From Octopus bimaculoides (lineage: Eukaryota), in NCBI RefSeq assembly GCF_001194135.2, contig NC_068982.1, positions 111,844,231-111,908,230 of the forward strand: a stretch of DNA of 64,000 nt, written 5' to 3'. The notes beneath the pieces were generated by a model. That model made no database searches and was not told the DNA's origin. It saw only the letters and a list, made by a program, of their open reading frames with translations. The position numbers were made by a program, and so were the translations under genes. Shown piece after piece: positions 25,598 through 39,836 of the stretch (positions within the stretch are counted from its first letter, which is position 1; each line of letters opens with the position of its first letter).

Positions 25598-27259
25598 TTA
25601 TTATGTATATATATTTATTATGTATATATATATATTATATATATATTATATATTTGCATATGTATGATAATAATGCGTATATATTTTTGCATATTGTATA
25701 TATGTATATATATATATGTGTGTGTGTGTATGCTTATTTTATATATATTTATATACATATACGTATATGTTTGTGTGTATGTATGTATATATAAATATAT
25801 GTATATGTGTGTGTGTATATATATATATGTGTGTGTGTGCGCGTCTGTGTATACACGCACTCTTACGCACGCGCGCACACACACATCTAGATAGATAGAT
25901 ATATGTATGTATATTTAAATATCTATACAAATAAACGTGTGTATGTGTGTGTGTATGTGTTTGTGTGTGTAGGTACATGTGCACCAATCATTAATATACT
26001 TGCACGCAACCAGCGCCTATTCTTATCGCATTTAATCATGAGGGAGGAAAAAAATAAAAAAGAGTTGGAAGGGAGACTATTCAGCAGCCGCCAACTGTCA
26101 TAAAGAATTCTAACAAGGGAGATAAACAATGTTAGCCATCTGAAAAAAGTGCCTTATAAAAAATTAGTGTTCTTTCAACGAAGGCGATATAACTTTTATT
26201 TAGTTAAGATTAATGTTAAATAATAATTTACTATTATTTTATATAAAAATGTTCTTATTTTTTCCTTTCTTTATCTATTTCTTCCTTAGAATTACTAGAG
26301 TTGAAATGTTACACATATCATTTTAGCAGCGATGTCAAATGGATATTGCCGTACTTAATCACTTAATTGTTTAGATAATGAGATTAAGATATTTGATACA
26401 TAAGGTGATCAACTAACTGACATGAAACCGTTTATTTATTATAAAAACGACGGTTTAGACTGTTGGAAGAAATTTTGTCAGTTTAGATAAATTTCTACTG
26501 TCGTTAAATTAAAATAAGTGATAGATCAATTCTAATGTTACCTTCGAGAAATTTCAATTGTCAGTGTTTTATATTTTGAACTTTTTTAAAAATATAGTTT
26601 TAGTATTAAATAGAAAATAAATGTCTGCGGAAAATAGAAGAGATCCATATTCAATTTCAAGCTATTTGTAGAAAAATATCAAACCGTGGTATAGTATGCT
26701 ATATATACATACACACGCACACACACACACACACGCATGCACACATTCACACGCTATCCTGATGAAATCGAAAGTGGATGCAATTTTTCCTTTATAATTT
26801 TAGAAAACCAGAAGATGTATAATAATACTCTTTACTTGATAAACTGTACAGATATAATTGCCGGAAACATTAATTTCAAATAAATTATATACGTACTTTC
26901 TTCTTGGTTATGTTATAAGATCTTTTGATCAGCTCACTTTCAGACACGAAATAATTATCTTTTTTTAATGATGTGATGTAAAAACATTAAGTTCCATATA
27001 TTACCACTTTTATTTACCCTCTTACACACTTCTATATAATTTATTTTGAATACATGGGGGTACAAACCATGAAATATATAAAATATACAACTGCATATTT
27101 GACCCTAAAGCACGTGACTGCTTTACCTGCCCTATTTATCTCATGTTCATAATGGTAAAGTATCCTCTCTCATACCGCTTAGAAGACTTAAATTTTTTTC
27201 TTTTTAGTCAGTGGCAGTACACTTGTATTTCTAAAGGAAATCTTCCATACCTTCTTACA

Positions 27260-28300
27260 TACTAATGATCTCTTGTCCTTGGAAACGGTGGAGAAAGCAA
27301 AGTTGTTGCCCTTGAAAGTAGCGAAGCCTTCGACCATGTTTGCTATACAAAGCTTGTCAGAGCTGACCGCGCACAGGCTTTATCACTGATAATGTAGATC
27401 AGTGGTTTCCTCTCAAGATTACTTTTTCACACCGATTACTGATAGATTTCTCAACAGTTTTTATTCACTCTCATACACAACCTTATAGAATCTTTGATTA
27501 AACATTAAGCACGTCCATTAAAATTTAACCAGTAGTTTGCAAATTTTCCCACGTAATTTACCCTTCGTCGTATATTTCTCTCATTGTTCACTTAGAGGCT
27601 TCGCCAATCCGTGAATGCATAAACAGAGCAGTTCTAGTCACTGTCCTTTATACAGAGTTGAAGCTTGCCATTATTCTTCATACAGAGAGACATTGAAAAC
27701 ATTCTGCAATGGAACCTGGACAACCTCATTGAAGTAAATGAACATAAGCACTTCATATATCAAGCAACGAAGTGCAGATCACTGCATTCACACCATCAAC
27801 AAACGTATCGCTTCAGAACACTTATTAACTCCTAAACGAAAACGCACTCTACGCTGAAATACGATGAGAACAGCCACTAATTATAAACATTTTCTGGATA
27901 AGAAAAAGAAGAACAACCCTGATAGACAGCCCTTCATTCGACCACAATCTGCAATCTTTGATTTGCTGTCTTGCAAACTCTCTGTTCTATGTTTTTTTTT
28001 TCTTCTTTTAACTTTAGTTGCTACCAGTGTTGTCTATGTCTCAGAAACAGGTTACCTCCATCTATCTCTAGTCGATGCTACAATTTCTTTCATCACTCTT
28101 AATCTTACTTTTACAAACTCTACAAGCTCTTACTATAATCGTTCTTCTATAGAAACATTCCTTATATTCCTTTCGTGGTTATATTTTCCTGTACACCACC
28201 AATCTGCAAAATTTGAAATTGAGCTTCAGCCACGAGACATTGAAAAGGCCTTGAGTCCTGTTCCATCCCTTTCTTTTTTACCCCTCCTAAGTGTAACTGA
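27260..28300 (+). mobile_element. Degraded CR1-group LINE reverse-transcriptase fragment
   Basis: GESKVVALESSEAFDHVCYTKL (cf. ALDISKAFDRVWH) and DIENILQWNLDNLIEVNEHK (cf. DLxxIxxWxxxNLVxFNxxK). Includes the 27864-28379 ORF. Confidence 0.72.
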
Positions 28301-28708
28301 ATATTTTATTACATGTTCAAGTTTCGTTAGGGTTGACTTTACTGTTTATGTCATTGGGGCCTATTATATACTAACATAGTGGACGGAATTTAGGTAATCG
28401 GATGCTTCAAAATGTGGCCTTGCGTTCGATTAAAAATAAATTTGGGCCAAGGAAATTGATACGAATTGCTATTGAAATTGATTAAATATCCACACCATTA
28501 TACTGAATATGTGGCTATTATCAATCACATGCTTATGACCAGGTCACTAATATTCTATAGTATTCTGTCTCATTAATATTAATTATAAATATCAATCATT
28601 AATGTCCTCATTCATATTATTTATTAAAGTCTCGGCTATTAATTGTTTACTTCTACTTTCTTTACTGCTATATGTTGCTAAATTAGACGATTCGATACAT
28701 ACATACAC

Positions 28709-28773
<65 letters not shown>

Positions 28774-29132
28774 CACACACACATACACACACACACACAT
28801 ATACTTGCATTCGTACATATATGCGTGTGTAGGTGTGCACACGTGTGTATGTGTTTGTGAGATTGTATGTGTGTTTATGTATGTTCGTTCACGCGCGACT
28901 GTGTGGTTCTATGGTTGTGTGAATCGGTTCAAAACCGAGTTTGAGTTTGGGATTGTATCCTTTTACGCCAAAAGATAACTTATCCACTCGAAAGTATTCG
29001 ATAAGATATGTGCTGGACCGAGATATATAATTGATAGATAATATTCCGTACACCTTTGAATGCAATGTCGAGTTTGGCCAAAGGCCTATAACTGAAGCCT
29101 TTCACAGAATAAAAATACAGTGACATTTATGT

Positions 29133-29165
<33 letters not shown>

Positions 29166-29583
29166 CACACGCGCGCGCGCATTTACATGCAGCTCCACAT
29201 GTATACATACATACAACCACGCTCACTCTGGATTTCTTACATAAGTGCACTAATGGTAAAGATTGAGTACAACCGAATTAATCGATCGGTGCCTAAAATT
29301 GTTACATATTTCATCGATCGCGTTAATATCAATCAGGACACCGCGGTATAAACTGTGGTTTGATATAAATGATAATATAGTAGATAAAATACACACACGA
29401 GGACAGAAAGTGAGACACACGCACACGCGTACACATATGTATACAGAAATATCTATATATTGTTTCTGTTTCACATCAACATTTCAGAACGGCTGTTGAA
29501 GCAAAAGTCTTTACAGAAGGATGTACTTTCATTTGCGGAGTACTTAAATGTAAAATAAAAGATAAATCTATTTTGATAGTCAA

Positions 29584-29648
<65 letters not shown>

Positions 29649-29899
29649 GCGGTACCAGCAGAGTTATGATTTTTCAGGGTTCAGTACAATGGTTGTAGTG
29701 AGATCAGAACCTGTGACTGTGATCTGTAAACTTCACTTGAACATAATAACCACCAAATAGCTAATGGAATCACTAAAACTGTCTCTCCACTTTATTTTTA
29801 ATAGGATAAATATTCCATCCTGTTTATCACCATATTTTGGCCCTTAGACATCTGTAGTAGAATTTGCTTTGTCGTAAACACATAGAACAGCCTCCCACT

Positions 29900-30330
29900 G
29901 GAGGTAAAACAGTCACTGAACGCTTGTACACTTCTCGATATCTCTCGCCTGGATATCAATAACTGAGACTGATAGTTATTCTAGCACAAAATCTCTCTCT
30001 TTACTCTAAATTGACTTGCTGTCTCTATCACAAACTCTCCAACCATTATACCTGTTAGACTATCTTTTGTCCCGCGCTGTGGATATCTAGTCTCACTCAC
30101 ATTTCTCTGAAGTCATCATTCTCATGGATTTCAATGAACATTACTACTTCTGGTCTCACATTCCTTCCACACTAGCACTTCCGTCAAGAAAGTCAAATTG
30201 TCTAATATTCTCAACCGGACTGCCTATAATAGTAAATTCCCCTTTCGCATACCCATATCCCCAATTCTTTGCCTATTTATCACCTTCCTTATTGGATTGC
30301 CCTACTACTTACTAATACACTTGATATGTT
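29900..30330 (+). mobile_element. Degraded CR1-group LINE AP-endonuclease fragment
   Basis: LDYLLSRAVDI*SHSHFSEVIILMDFNEHYYFW matches the APE ILGDFNxH motif; a later SNILN resembles the xILDL motif. Confidence 0.72.
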
Positions 30331-31539
30331 TCTATATTCACATTCAACCACGAACGCTTTGGTGTTTCACGCTTTGTCTGGAACGTTCTAATATTTCAGA
30401 GCAACAGGTTGTAGCGCTGTCACTTGTAAACTAAGTAACCTCTACCATAAATGGGGTTTTAATTCAAGCCCATTCAATACAATTCAATGAATAATATGAG
30501 AAATACCTAACTAAACTGCATATTTATGTGCCATTTTTATTACTCGGATTAAATGGTTTGAGTCAGATTACTCCATAATACTACCTTTAATACTTAAGTA
30601 GAAGTAGTTGCTAAATTTAACTGTCTTAGAAAAGAATGACAAATTGGTATATTGTAACTCTAGGTAAACACTATGGCTAAATTAAGGGCAATATGACCAC
30701 TTAGTGAACGCTGTTGATCAAAAGTTTATTATCTCAAAGTCAAGCCAAGGCTAAAGATCAATCAGTGGTAATTAATCATCTTCATAATACATATCAACTT
30801 TTATAATAAAAATGAAAGGGTATCTAATCCTAGTTTATTATTAAAGTTTTGTAGCTTCAACATTAAAGAAATTATATAACAAATCAATTTTTAAAATTTT
30901 ACTAAAAATCTCCCCAAACCAGCTATAAATTTTCCTTATTATTTTAATCATTTTACTCTATTTTCCACCGATACTACAACCTGAATATTTCACAACCTAA
31001 ATGTATGCACAACCTAAATATTTCACATTAAACTTGTAATGCTTTCACGAATGGATACACTCAAAACACACTTCCATGCGAGCCTGACAATCAAGCCTTT
31101 TGAAATAGCACCAAAACTACAATTACGTTACTGCACATATAAAGCAAATAGTATTGCACTATGTATTCTCATCAGCAACTGACAGCTAAAGCATCTAAAG
31201 AGCTACAACTGCTAGGCTTTACAAGTTTTGATGAATTCTCTTTGTGACTTTACATATTTGACGTTGCCAAATGTGATTGTTTCACAGTATAAACCTTCTT
31301 TCGTGGGTTCATAAGACATTTCAGTTTTCATCAGTTGTCACCTCACTACAAATTAAAATTGGATTTACATGAACACTGCACCTATATCTCGGGCTGTTCT
31401 GCAGCATACACACAAATATTTGTATCATTCATACATAATACAAATTAAAAGTGATTAAGGCTAACATACATGCATATATATATATATATGAAACCAAAAA
31501 GTTGTTAATTTAATTGCAATTATACTTTTTGTATTTCAG

Positions 31540-31755
31540 GGAGAAACCACCGTGTCATTTAACCTGCCTTCACTCATGTAAACTAGATGGTTTGTAATGT
31601 TGAAAAGAGGTTTGTATATGTATATGGTTTGGTGAAAACATCTTTATAAAAGATACGAATAAATACAGGAAGGTTTTTGAATTTATGTTTCTCAACATGA
31701 GATCTGTGTTTAATCTTTTCCACACGTAAAGAACTACATATTCAGAAATGTTACG
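31540..31755 (+). other. Candidate 216-nt non-coding, terminal or poison exon
   Basis: Acceptor tttttgtatttcag|G and donor ACG|GTAAGG; stop codons in all three frames. Confidence 0.3.
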
Positions 31756-32139
31756 GTAAGGGCCAGACCAAATTCCATGCATTGTTTATCTTTCTTAATC
31801 TGTATTATCACCTTGGTCAACTTTCTTTCTTTCGTACTCATAAAATAAATTCAGTCTTGTACCGAGGTCCATTCAGTCGATTATAATCCTGTCTTAGATT
31901 AATGAGACTCAGTTCCAGTGTGAACAAGGATTTTCTTTATTGGGCGTATTAAATAAAACGTACTTGGTGGACTTCCCGAATATGCAGCGTGTATGGTGGA
32001 CGAACCGAATATGCAGCGTAAAAAAGGAAAAAGGATAGAAGTCACCACAACGAATACAGTAGTGCGAATCTGAGAGCTTGGACGTCCATATTTAAATCCT
32101 TACTGAAGGATATGTCACTAAATTTAAATAATGGAAGCC

Positions 32140-32460
32140 GTGTGACATAACCGGAAGTTTAAGATACCGAAGTGGTAGAAGAAACTTTTGTTTTAGAAGA
32201 AGCAGTGTATTAGATTACCTTGGAGGTTGTGAGTATGAAATCTCAGACGAATTTACGATCGACAGACGATAAGCTAATGAAACACAAAAGAATGTGTGGG
32301 CTTGGTGAAGAAACACTTAGAGTAGCCACTGATGAATAGAAAGAGAAGGAAAAAAACCTCCGATATACACATGTTTCATAGCTTATTATGGCAAGGAGGT
32401 TGTGGTGTTGCTCTCTGCGATACACTTTTCTTGACTTCTTGTTTAGCAGAAAGGTAAGCA
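32140..32460 (+). promoter_or_regulatory. Candidate promoter / first-exon region
   Basis: CCGGAAGT (ETS-type motif) at 32151-32158; CpG-containing unique sequence; donors GTT|GTGAGT (32229) and AAG|GTAAGC (32454). Confidence 0.28.
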
Positions 32461-32707
32461 GCGTCCGAACGAACAGATATGTTTTTCGTGACGGTAAAAC
32501 TTCAAATAATACATCTGCGAGTCAAACCGTCACGACATGTACTTAAATCCCAAATATTTAAACGATATGTGTCGAATGCCCTTATCTTTCTTTTCTATTA
32601 CACTTATCTGTACACACGCAGCACACACGCGCGTATATATGTTTATATATATATATATATATATATNNNNNNNNNNNNNNNNNNNNNNNNNNNNNNNNNN
32701 NNNNNNN

Positions 32708-32755
<48 letters not shown>

Positions 32756-32789
32756 GTGTGTGTGTGTGTATGAGCGCACACACAAATTG

Positions 32790-32910
32790 CTTATTCAAAC
32801 TGAACTCTTCTTCTAGCCACTTGAGTTTCACGCCCTTAGCGATCTTCTGATGATTCTGAAGATTGCCATTGTGGGCGTGAAACTCCAGCGGCGAAGAAAA
32901 TAACTCAGAT
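32790..32910. mobile_element. Fold-back element with back-to-back degenerate hammerhead scaffolds
   Basis: Perfect IR GAGTTTCACGCCC (32823-32835) / GGGCGTGAAACTC (32873-32885), extending imperfectly to ~30 bp. CTGAAGA..GAAA on +, CAGAAGA..GAAA on -. Confidence 0.65.
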
Positions 32911-32968
32911 AAATAAACTATACATACATACATACATGCATGCATACATACATACATACATACATACA

Positions 32969-32999
<31 letters not shown>

Positions 33000-34139
33000 A
33001 TGACACAAACACACACACACACACATTTATAGATAAATCGAAAGAGAGAAATTGAGAAAAGGTGATCGTGGAAGGATAGTGGAAAGTTAGTGTTGTTAAT
33101 AAGAAAACCGATATTTATGAAATATTTTCTACTGCTGGATCGAAGAGTTAAAGTAGAAATAGGAATCTAAAAGATTTTTACGTTTGAAATGATCTTATTC
33201 TCCATTCGATTTTACTTTATGCAGATCGAGAATATTTCATTTCTGTGGTTTGTACTTTTTATTTTTTTTTCTTAGCTTTGGACATGTGACTGTAGTTTTA
33301 AACTGATGTTTTCTTTATTTAAAATATTTTGATTTTTGTTGTTATTGTTGTTTGGCAATGTTTATATTTTTTTCTGGTTTCAGTCATTTTTATTTTTTTG
33401 GGACGCATCATATTTCAATGTAAACTATTGATCTAAATATTGCTTTACATTTTAATAATAACAGAGAATATTATAATTCAAATGAACTCTTCACTTCATT
33501 CATACTTTATTTAACTTATATATAAAATCATTTTTTAAAAATATTTATTTAATGTTTCCATAACTTCATTGTTGCTTCATTAGTTTCATTTTGTAGTTCA
33601 GTTCCATATTAAGAGTGGGGAGGAGATAAAATATACCATAACTATCCAGTTCCTTAAAACATGCATACTGAAACCAAAGCTTTTATACTTCTTTTCATAT
33701 AATTTGTCCTTATTCAAGGGTGCATAACAAATAAAATGTTATTATTGCTGTTGGAATGATATTATACGTTTTTAAGAATAACAACGATCGCAATTACTTT
33801 TATCCTATATATAAAATTATATGTCTTATTTATTTGTGTATANNNNNNNNNNNNNNNNNNNNNNNNNNNNNNNNNNNNNNNNNNNNNNNNNNNNNNNNNN
33901 NNNNNNNNNNNNNNNNNNNNNNNNNNNNNNNNNNNNNNNNNNNNNNNNNNNNNNNNNNNNNNNNNNNNNNNNNNNNNNNNNNNNNNNNNNNNNNNNNNNN
34001 NNNNNNNNNNNNNNNNNNNNNNNNNNNNNNNNNNNNNNNNNNNNNNNNNNNNNNNNNNNNNNNNNNNNNNNNNNNNNNNNNNNNNNNNNNNNNNNNNNNN
34101 NNNNNNNNNNNNNNNNNNNNTATATAAATATATATATAT

Positions 34140-34181
<42 letters not shown>

Positions 34182-34709
34182 CATTGATATCAGATTTTTT
34201 AAACAATAACGTCGTTGGTTATATGTTTCTAATGGGACAGTCTCTAGTTTTCGCTATATTTAAGGTAGTATGAGTGACATTGGGGATCATTTTCTTGGGC
34301 AAAATAACTACCACCAGTTTTCGAAACTACCAATATATCGGTTCAGTCGCTGATGCATGTTGTCGAATGGCGTAACATCTGTATACTCTCTCTCCCACGC
34401 ACATACGCACATATACTAACACATACACAGATGTGTAGATAATATTTAGATACAAGCATACATACATACATACAAATAGTTACATATTTTTGAAAGATGT
34501 TCACATCTGTACATTCTCTGACACATACGAACATCCGTACATATACATAAACATATATACGACAAGCTTCTGAACAGTTTCATTCAATCAGCTATCATAT
34601 GCAAGATATAGTAGAAATCACGTCTAAAGTACAACACCATGTAGCTGAACCTGGAAACATGTTACAACGAAGCGAACTTTTTGAATCCGCAGAGATACGT
34701 ACATGTAGT

Positions 34710-34897
34710 ACGAGTGACAAAATGTTAAGCAGCAGTACTTCCGGCTCTTTGCGTTGAGGGTTCAATTCTGCTGAGGTCTTCTTTGTCTTTCATTCTTTCG
34801 GAGTCGATAGAATGGGTACTAGTTAAACAGTGGGATTAATGTAATCGATGAACACATTCCCCCTCAAAATTGCTGTCCTTGTGCCAAAATTAGAAAG
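34710..34897 (+). mobile_element. SINE family A, diverged
   Basis: gggttcaattctgctgaggtc..ctttcattctttcggagtcgata..ccttgtgccaaaattagaaa. Confidence 0.8.
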
Positions 34898-35995
34898 AGT
34901 TATTATCATTATGAATTTAATTTCCTTCAAACACTTTCCGTATTTTTAAAAATATATTAGAGAACAAAATTTTCCTCGTGTTTTCTCTGGCCGTTTAATT
35001 TCACTGTGTGGAGATGATGAAGTCGCAGTCTTATGGCCATTATTTCAAACTAAAGAATCTTATTGATTTGCACTGTCTGTCTTTTAAAAGAAAATATTAA
35101 AGTAAAATAAAATAAATAAATAGACCGTGAATTGGTGCAGTATGTTAGAGTTGATGCTAATGAAAAGAGATATTTCAAGACAGCAGAAAAAAAAATACAC
35201 ATACTATTCATGTTGAATATAATAAGTACATTAATAAAATAATAAAGAAAATAGAACGACAAATTGTTGTTTAGCAACTAGATATGAATTTTAGAACGGC
35301 ATATATTGGTATAGGCATGGTTGTGTGACTGGGCGCAGGTAGAACTGTGTATTTAAGAATATAATTGAGGGAAATACATTAGGGCTGTGTTCTATATATT
35401 GAATATAAATACGAAATATGTGTAATAAATACAGTGAGCTGAAAAATTTCAATCGACCTAGCAATTGGTAGACCAAAACACTTCCTCTTGTGCCCTATAC
35501 GTGTGTTTACAATTTAAACGCAAACGCATCATCATTACATACATACAGAATGCATACATGCATGTATATATATATGTGCATGTGTGTGTGTATGTAAATT
35601 TTATGTATATTTATATATGTGTATATTAAATTTTCTTAGTCTTACAAACTAAGAAGAATACACTTCGCTGAAGAGGTCTCATGAGAGGGTAGACTGTCCG
35701 TTGCATTCACCAGCTGACGTTAAAGATGATATCCCACTCGAATGGGCACTATGTGTTTTGTCGAAAGATTTCAATCAATTGAGCTTATGGGATTTATTTC
35801 CCTTGCATCTCATGAGTATCTAAACACTTCCAGAGAGTTTTTTCTGTCTAATACTAACGAGGATGATTGCAGATGAGTAATTTTATTCAACTCACTCTAC
35901 TAACAATATCAGACACAAAAGTAGGAGTATTTAACCACTTCATTTTGCAGGCAAGTAGTTTCGGATTCGACCTCACTAAATCCCACATTAGTGTG

Positions 35996-36029
<34 letters not shown>

Positions 36030-36123
36030 TGTATGTATGTATGTATGTATGTATGTATGTGTGTATGTATGTATGATGCTTGTATGTTTGTACGTGTTAA
36101 TTTCTCTGTATAATATGTTTATG

Positions 36124-36163
<40 letters not shown>

Positions 36164-36371
36164 TGGTTAACCGAAAGTGATAGATTATGTTCCAGTCATA
36201 TACTTAGTTTCGAGTGAAACGTTTACTTCACGCTTCTATAAATATATTATACATCGCGCTCTCACAAAGTTGTGGGCGTATGTCGAGACAGGAAATTTTC
36301 ATCTGTTAAAGATATATTTATGCCTGTGAGAGTGTGCTTATGACTATACACACATATATATATATATATAG

Positions 36372-36435
<64 letters not shown>

Positions 36436-36723
36436 TTATTTATAAGTCTATATTGAGTGTGTCTGTTGTGCTTGTGCATATATGCTTGAATGCTCGCGTA
36501 TTGTTCTGCTAATTAACACTATGTATATAAGCTACAAAAAGACAAAGAAACATATTCCAACCGTCATGTATTTCACGCTACACAGCTTCCCAAAAAGCAA
36601 ATCTGTCATATATTTTGTAAGAAAAACAACACCAATCTCAGCAGCCGCAACAACAAATATTCAGTTTTAGTAGTGTAAAGATTTTCCTAAAAAACACCTA
36701 ATCGACATCAGAGCTTCTGTGTA

Positions 36724-36890
36724 CAGGCATGGCTCTGGGGGTTTAGAAGTTTGCTTCGAAATCATGTGATTTCGTGTTCGATCCTAGTACGTGGCATTTT
36801 GAACAAACTTCGTCTCCTCATAGTCTCAGTTTTACCAATATCTTATGAGTGAAATTTGATGGCAGGAGACTATATGAAAGTCTATGTGTG
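36724..36890 (+). mobile_element. SINE family B, 5' part, diverged
   Basis: aggcatggctctgg..agaagtttgcttc..gtgttcgatcc..gtggcattttgaacaa. Confidence 0.7.
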
Positions 36891-37144
36891 TGCGTGTACG
36901 TGTAAGTGACTCTCAATGAGAATACCGAAAAACTGTTCCTCTTCGAGTGAAGTCAATCAAGATACTTGTCCTTTCCCGTGTTACAGCCAGTGCCTTGTCG
37001 CCCTCACCTATTTGGAAATCTGTAATTGACGGAGTTATTGTTGACCTATTTCGATTTGTGTAAATATATATATAAATAACTCTTTTCGTAAATATACACT
37101 CATGGCGTACAATTTTGCTTTGCTTTTTCTATACATGCTAATCC

Positions 37145-37420
37145 CGGGAGGCTGTTGAAGTCAATGCAGTTGAATTTATAAGCACCAGGAACTACAGAGA
37201 CAATTACAAAGAGCTGCAGATAAAACGACATCAGTTTGTGTTTGTGAGAATTCTCCAGTGCAAGATTTTAGAAGTAAACCACAATAGAGATGCTGAAAGG
37301 AGGAGAGGTAAGTGAATCTGGTGTTACAGCAGGAACCAGACTTTAGAAAAAAAGCAGAAGGGAAACAATTGCTTGCTGTGTACATCGTGTACAAAAAGGT
37401 TTACTGTTGCCATTTGGAAT
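37145..37420 (+). mobile_element. Possible DNA-transposase C-terminal relic (Chapaev3-like; tentative)
   Basis: REAVEVNAVEFISTRNYRDNYKELQ, then GEVSE and VYCC, loosely resemble the WEAF..FLGN..NYxELV..GxVSDEHGE..DYCW pattern as I recall it. Heavily decayed. Confidence 0.3.
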
Positions 37421-37777
37421 CTTGACTATCCACTCTTTTTCTTTTTAAGGCACTGCGAATATATACTTTATTAGGCATTTTCTTTTCCATTTTATAAGGG
37501 CAGTAAAGATGTAATTTGAAGAAAATTTGAATACTTATTTCTAGCTTGCCACACGATTAGATGGAGACTTCTTCATTGGTTTGGTCTACATGTGGCTGTA
37601 CAGTGTGCTAGTGGATGAAGACTTGCCAATCTGTAGAAAGGTCATTCTTTAGATGTAGTCTATAATAGCGATGAGCAGCCATTCTAGTTAGGCCTGCTGA
37701 CATCTTAATTGCTTTAATAATCTTGTTATTGGAATGTAATGGATACGTGTAAAGTTAATTTAGTATTACGTGAAGTT

Positions 37778-37990
37778 AGGTGGCGAGTTAGCAGAATAGT
37801 TAGCACACCTGGGAAACTGCTTAGTAGTATTTTGTCCGTTTCTACGTTCTGGGTTCAAATTCAGCCGTGGTCGATTTTGCCTTTCATCGTTTCACGGTCG
37901 AAGAAATAAGTACTAGCTGAGTAATGGGGTCAATGTAATCGACTTGCCCCCGACCCCCGAACTTACTGGCCTTTGCCAAAATTTGAAACC
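37778..37990 (+). mobile_element. SINE family A
   Basis: ggtggcgagttagcagaatagttagcac..gggttcaaattcagccgtggtcgattttgcctttcatc. Confidence 0.9.
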
Positions 37991-39744
37991 GATGTTAGGT
38001 GAATTTTCCCTTGATAAACTTTTTATGACAAAGTCCATTGCGTGTTACATAAAAAAGTCTGTGGCGTACCATTGTTGACACGTGTGTTATAGGTTCGTCA
38101 AACTCGTATATAAATTATAGTGGCACCGCAACTGCTGTGACATAGATATTTGAACGGTACTGTTATGTGGAGAGAGACATATTCCATGTGGGTAGTTAAC
38201 TTGTGCAAAGTTGACACTACCTGTCATTGAAAATTAATTCTAATCTTTAAGGTTCACTCTAAGCTACATTAACGATGAGAGGTTATGAAAAACTAATAGA
38301 AATACTGTAGAAATCTTAGTTTTAAATATTATTCACAAAGAAAGACTAGTGTGGTTGTAATTATAATTCATCGATATACCTCTTAGATGGTAGTTCTATC
38401 ATTAAATTTCTTTGCTGCGTAACACTCGAACACACGAATATCATGAGAAGCATGTTTCGCGAGTATGTATGTATGTATGTATGTATGTATGTATGTATGT
38501 ATGTTTGTATGTATGCATGCATGCATTTTGAAGGGAATTGAAGGCATAATACCTCACACGGACTGACTAGTTTCATTTGATTCCCTACTGATATGAAAAA
38601 AAGTGAGTTAAATTGAAGAAGTGAAACTTCAATTTAATATATACTCTATATATCTATTGAGCTCTTTTTATTATTATATGTTCATATACATACATTATAC
38701 GAACATATAGATATATACTAAGTTAATACAACATTTGTTAAAACTCATCCCACTTGTGTTATCTTTCTGTGTCCATTGCTTAATACATACATCCACACAC
38801 GCGCGCACGTGTACTATATATGTGTGTATGTTTATATGTGTATGTATGTATGTATGTATGTGTGCCTGCATACATACACGAGCATATATCTGACCATACA
38901 GTACATCACACAGTTTGTAACAATAAAATTGTGTTAGATTTGAGTTGAGAAACAGGTGATACAAAGCTATAATATTAAAAGTGTCACGTAACAGAGAATA
39001 TTAGTTATAGATCAAATTTCTTGTTTTAATTACGGTTCAAGGCCAAATTTCTTTCTTTTTTTTTGGTAGGGAGAGAGTAGTGTCGGCTGAACGATCAATT
39101 ATAATACTTGAACGTCACCTATAAAAATCTAATGTTGATCCCGTTGGGAATTTGAATTTGGGGTGTAAAGGGAAGTAATTATACAATTATACAGCGTGTA
39201 GATTTTTGTTAACCGCTCTACCGATTCCATAAAATCAACCGTCCGCCTTTTATTTATCGAAATAGCAAACACACGCATCCTTAATAATATGGATGCGTGT
39301 GTATGCATGCAGACACACACACACCCATATTTATATATATATATATATATNNNNNNNNNNNNNNNNNNNNNNNNNNNNNNNNNNNNNNNNNNNNNNNNNN
39401 NNNNNNNNNNNNNNNNNNNNNNNNNNNNNNNNNNNNNNNNNNNNNNNNNNNNNNNNNNNNNNNNNNNNNNNNNNNNNNNNNNNNNNNNNNNNNNNNNNNN
39501 NNNNNNNNNNNNNNNNNNNNNNNNNNNNNNNNNNNNNNNNNNNNNNNNNNNNNNNNNNNNNNNNNNNNNNNNNNNNNNNNNNNNNNNNNNNNNNNNNNNN
39601 NNNNNNNNNNNNNNNNNNNNNNNNNNNNNNNNNNNNNNNNNNNNNNNNNNNNNNNNNNNNNNNNNNNNNNNNNNNNNNNNNNNNNNNNNNNNNNNNNNNN
39701 NNNNNNNNNNNNNNNNNNNNNNNNNNNNNNNNNNNNNNNNNNNN

Positions 39745-39789
<45 letters not shown>

Positions 39790-39836
39790 CCACACCACAC
39801 AATCGCACATCCTTCTAACACACATACCACCAAATA

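Noticed and set aside
26752-26782. CTGATGA-AATC-GAAA-GTG as a hammerhead
   Set aside because: No stem II, and position 17 is G. CTGATGA followed shortly by GAAA is expected by chance in this much sequence.
27864-28379. 171-aa ORF as a host membrane protein exon
   Set aside because: It lies within the decayed CR1-group LINE region; no splice signals or recognisable domain.
37300-37315. GAG|GTAAGT donor as part of the plus-strand gene
   Set aside because: It falls inside a probable transposase relic with stops and has no matching acceptor.
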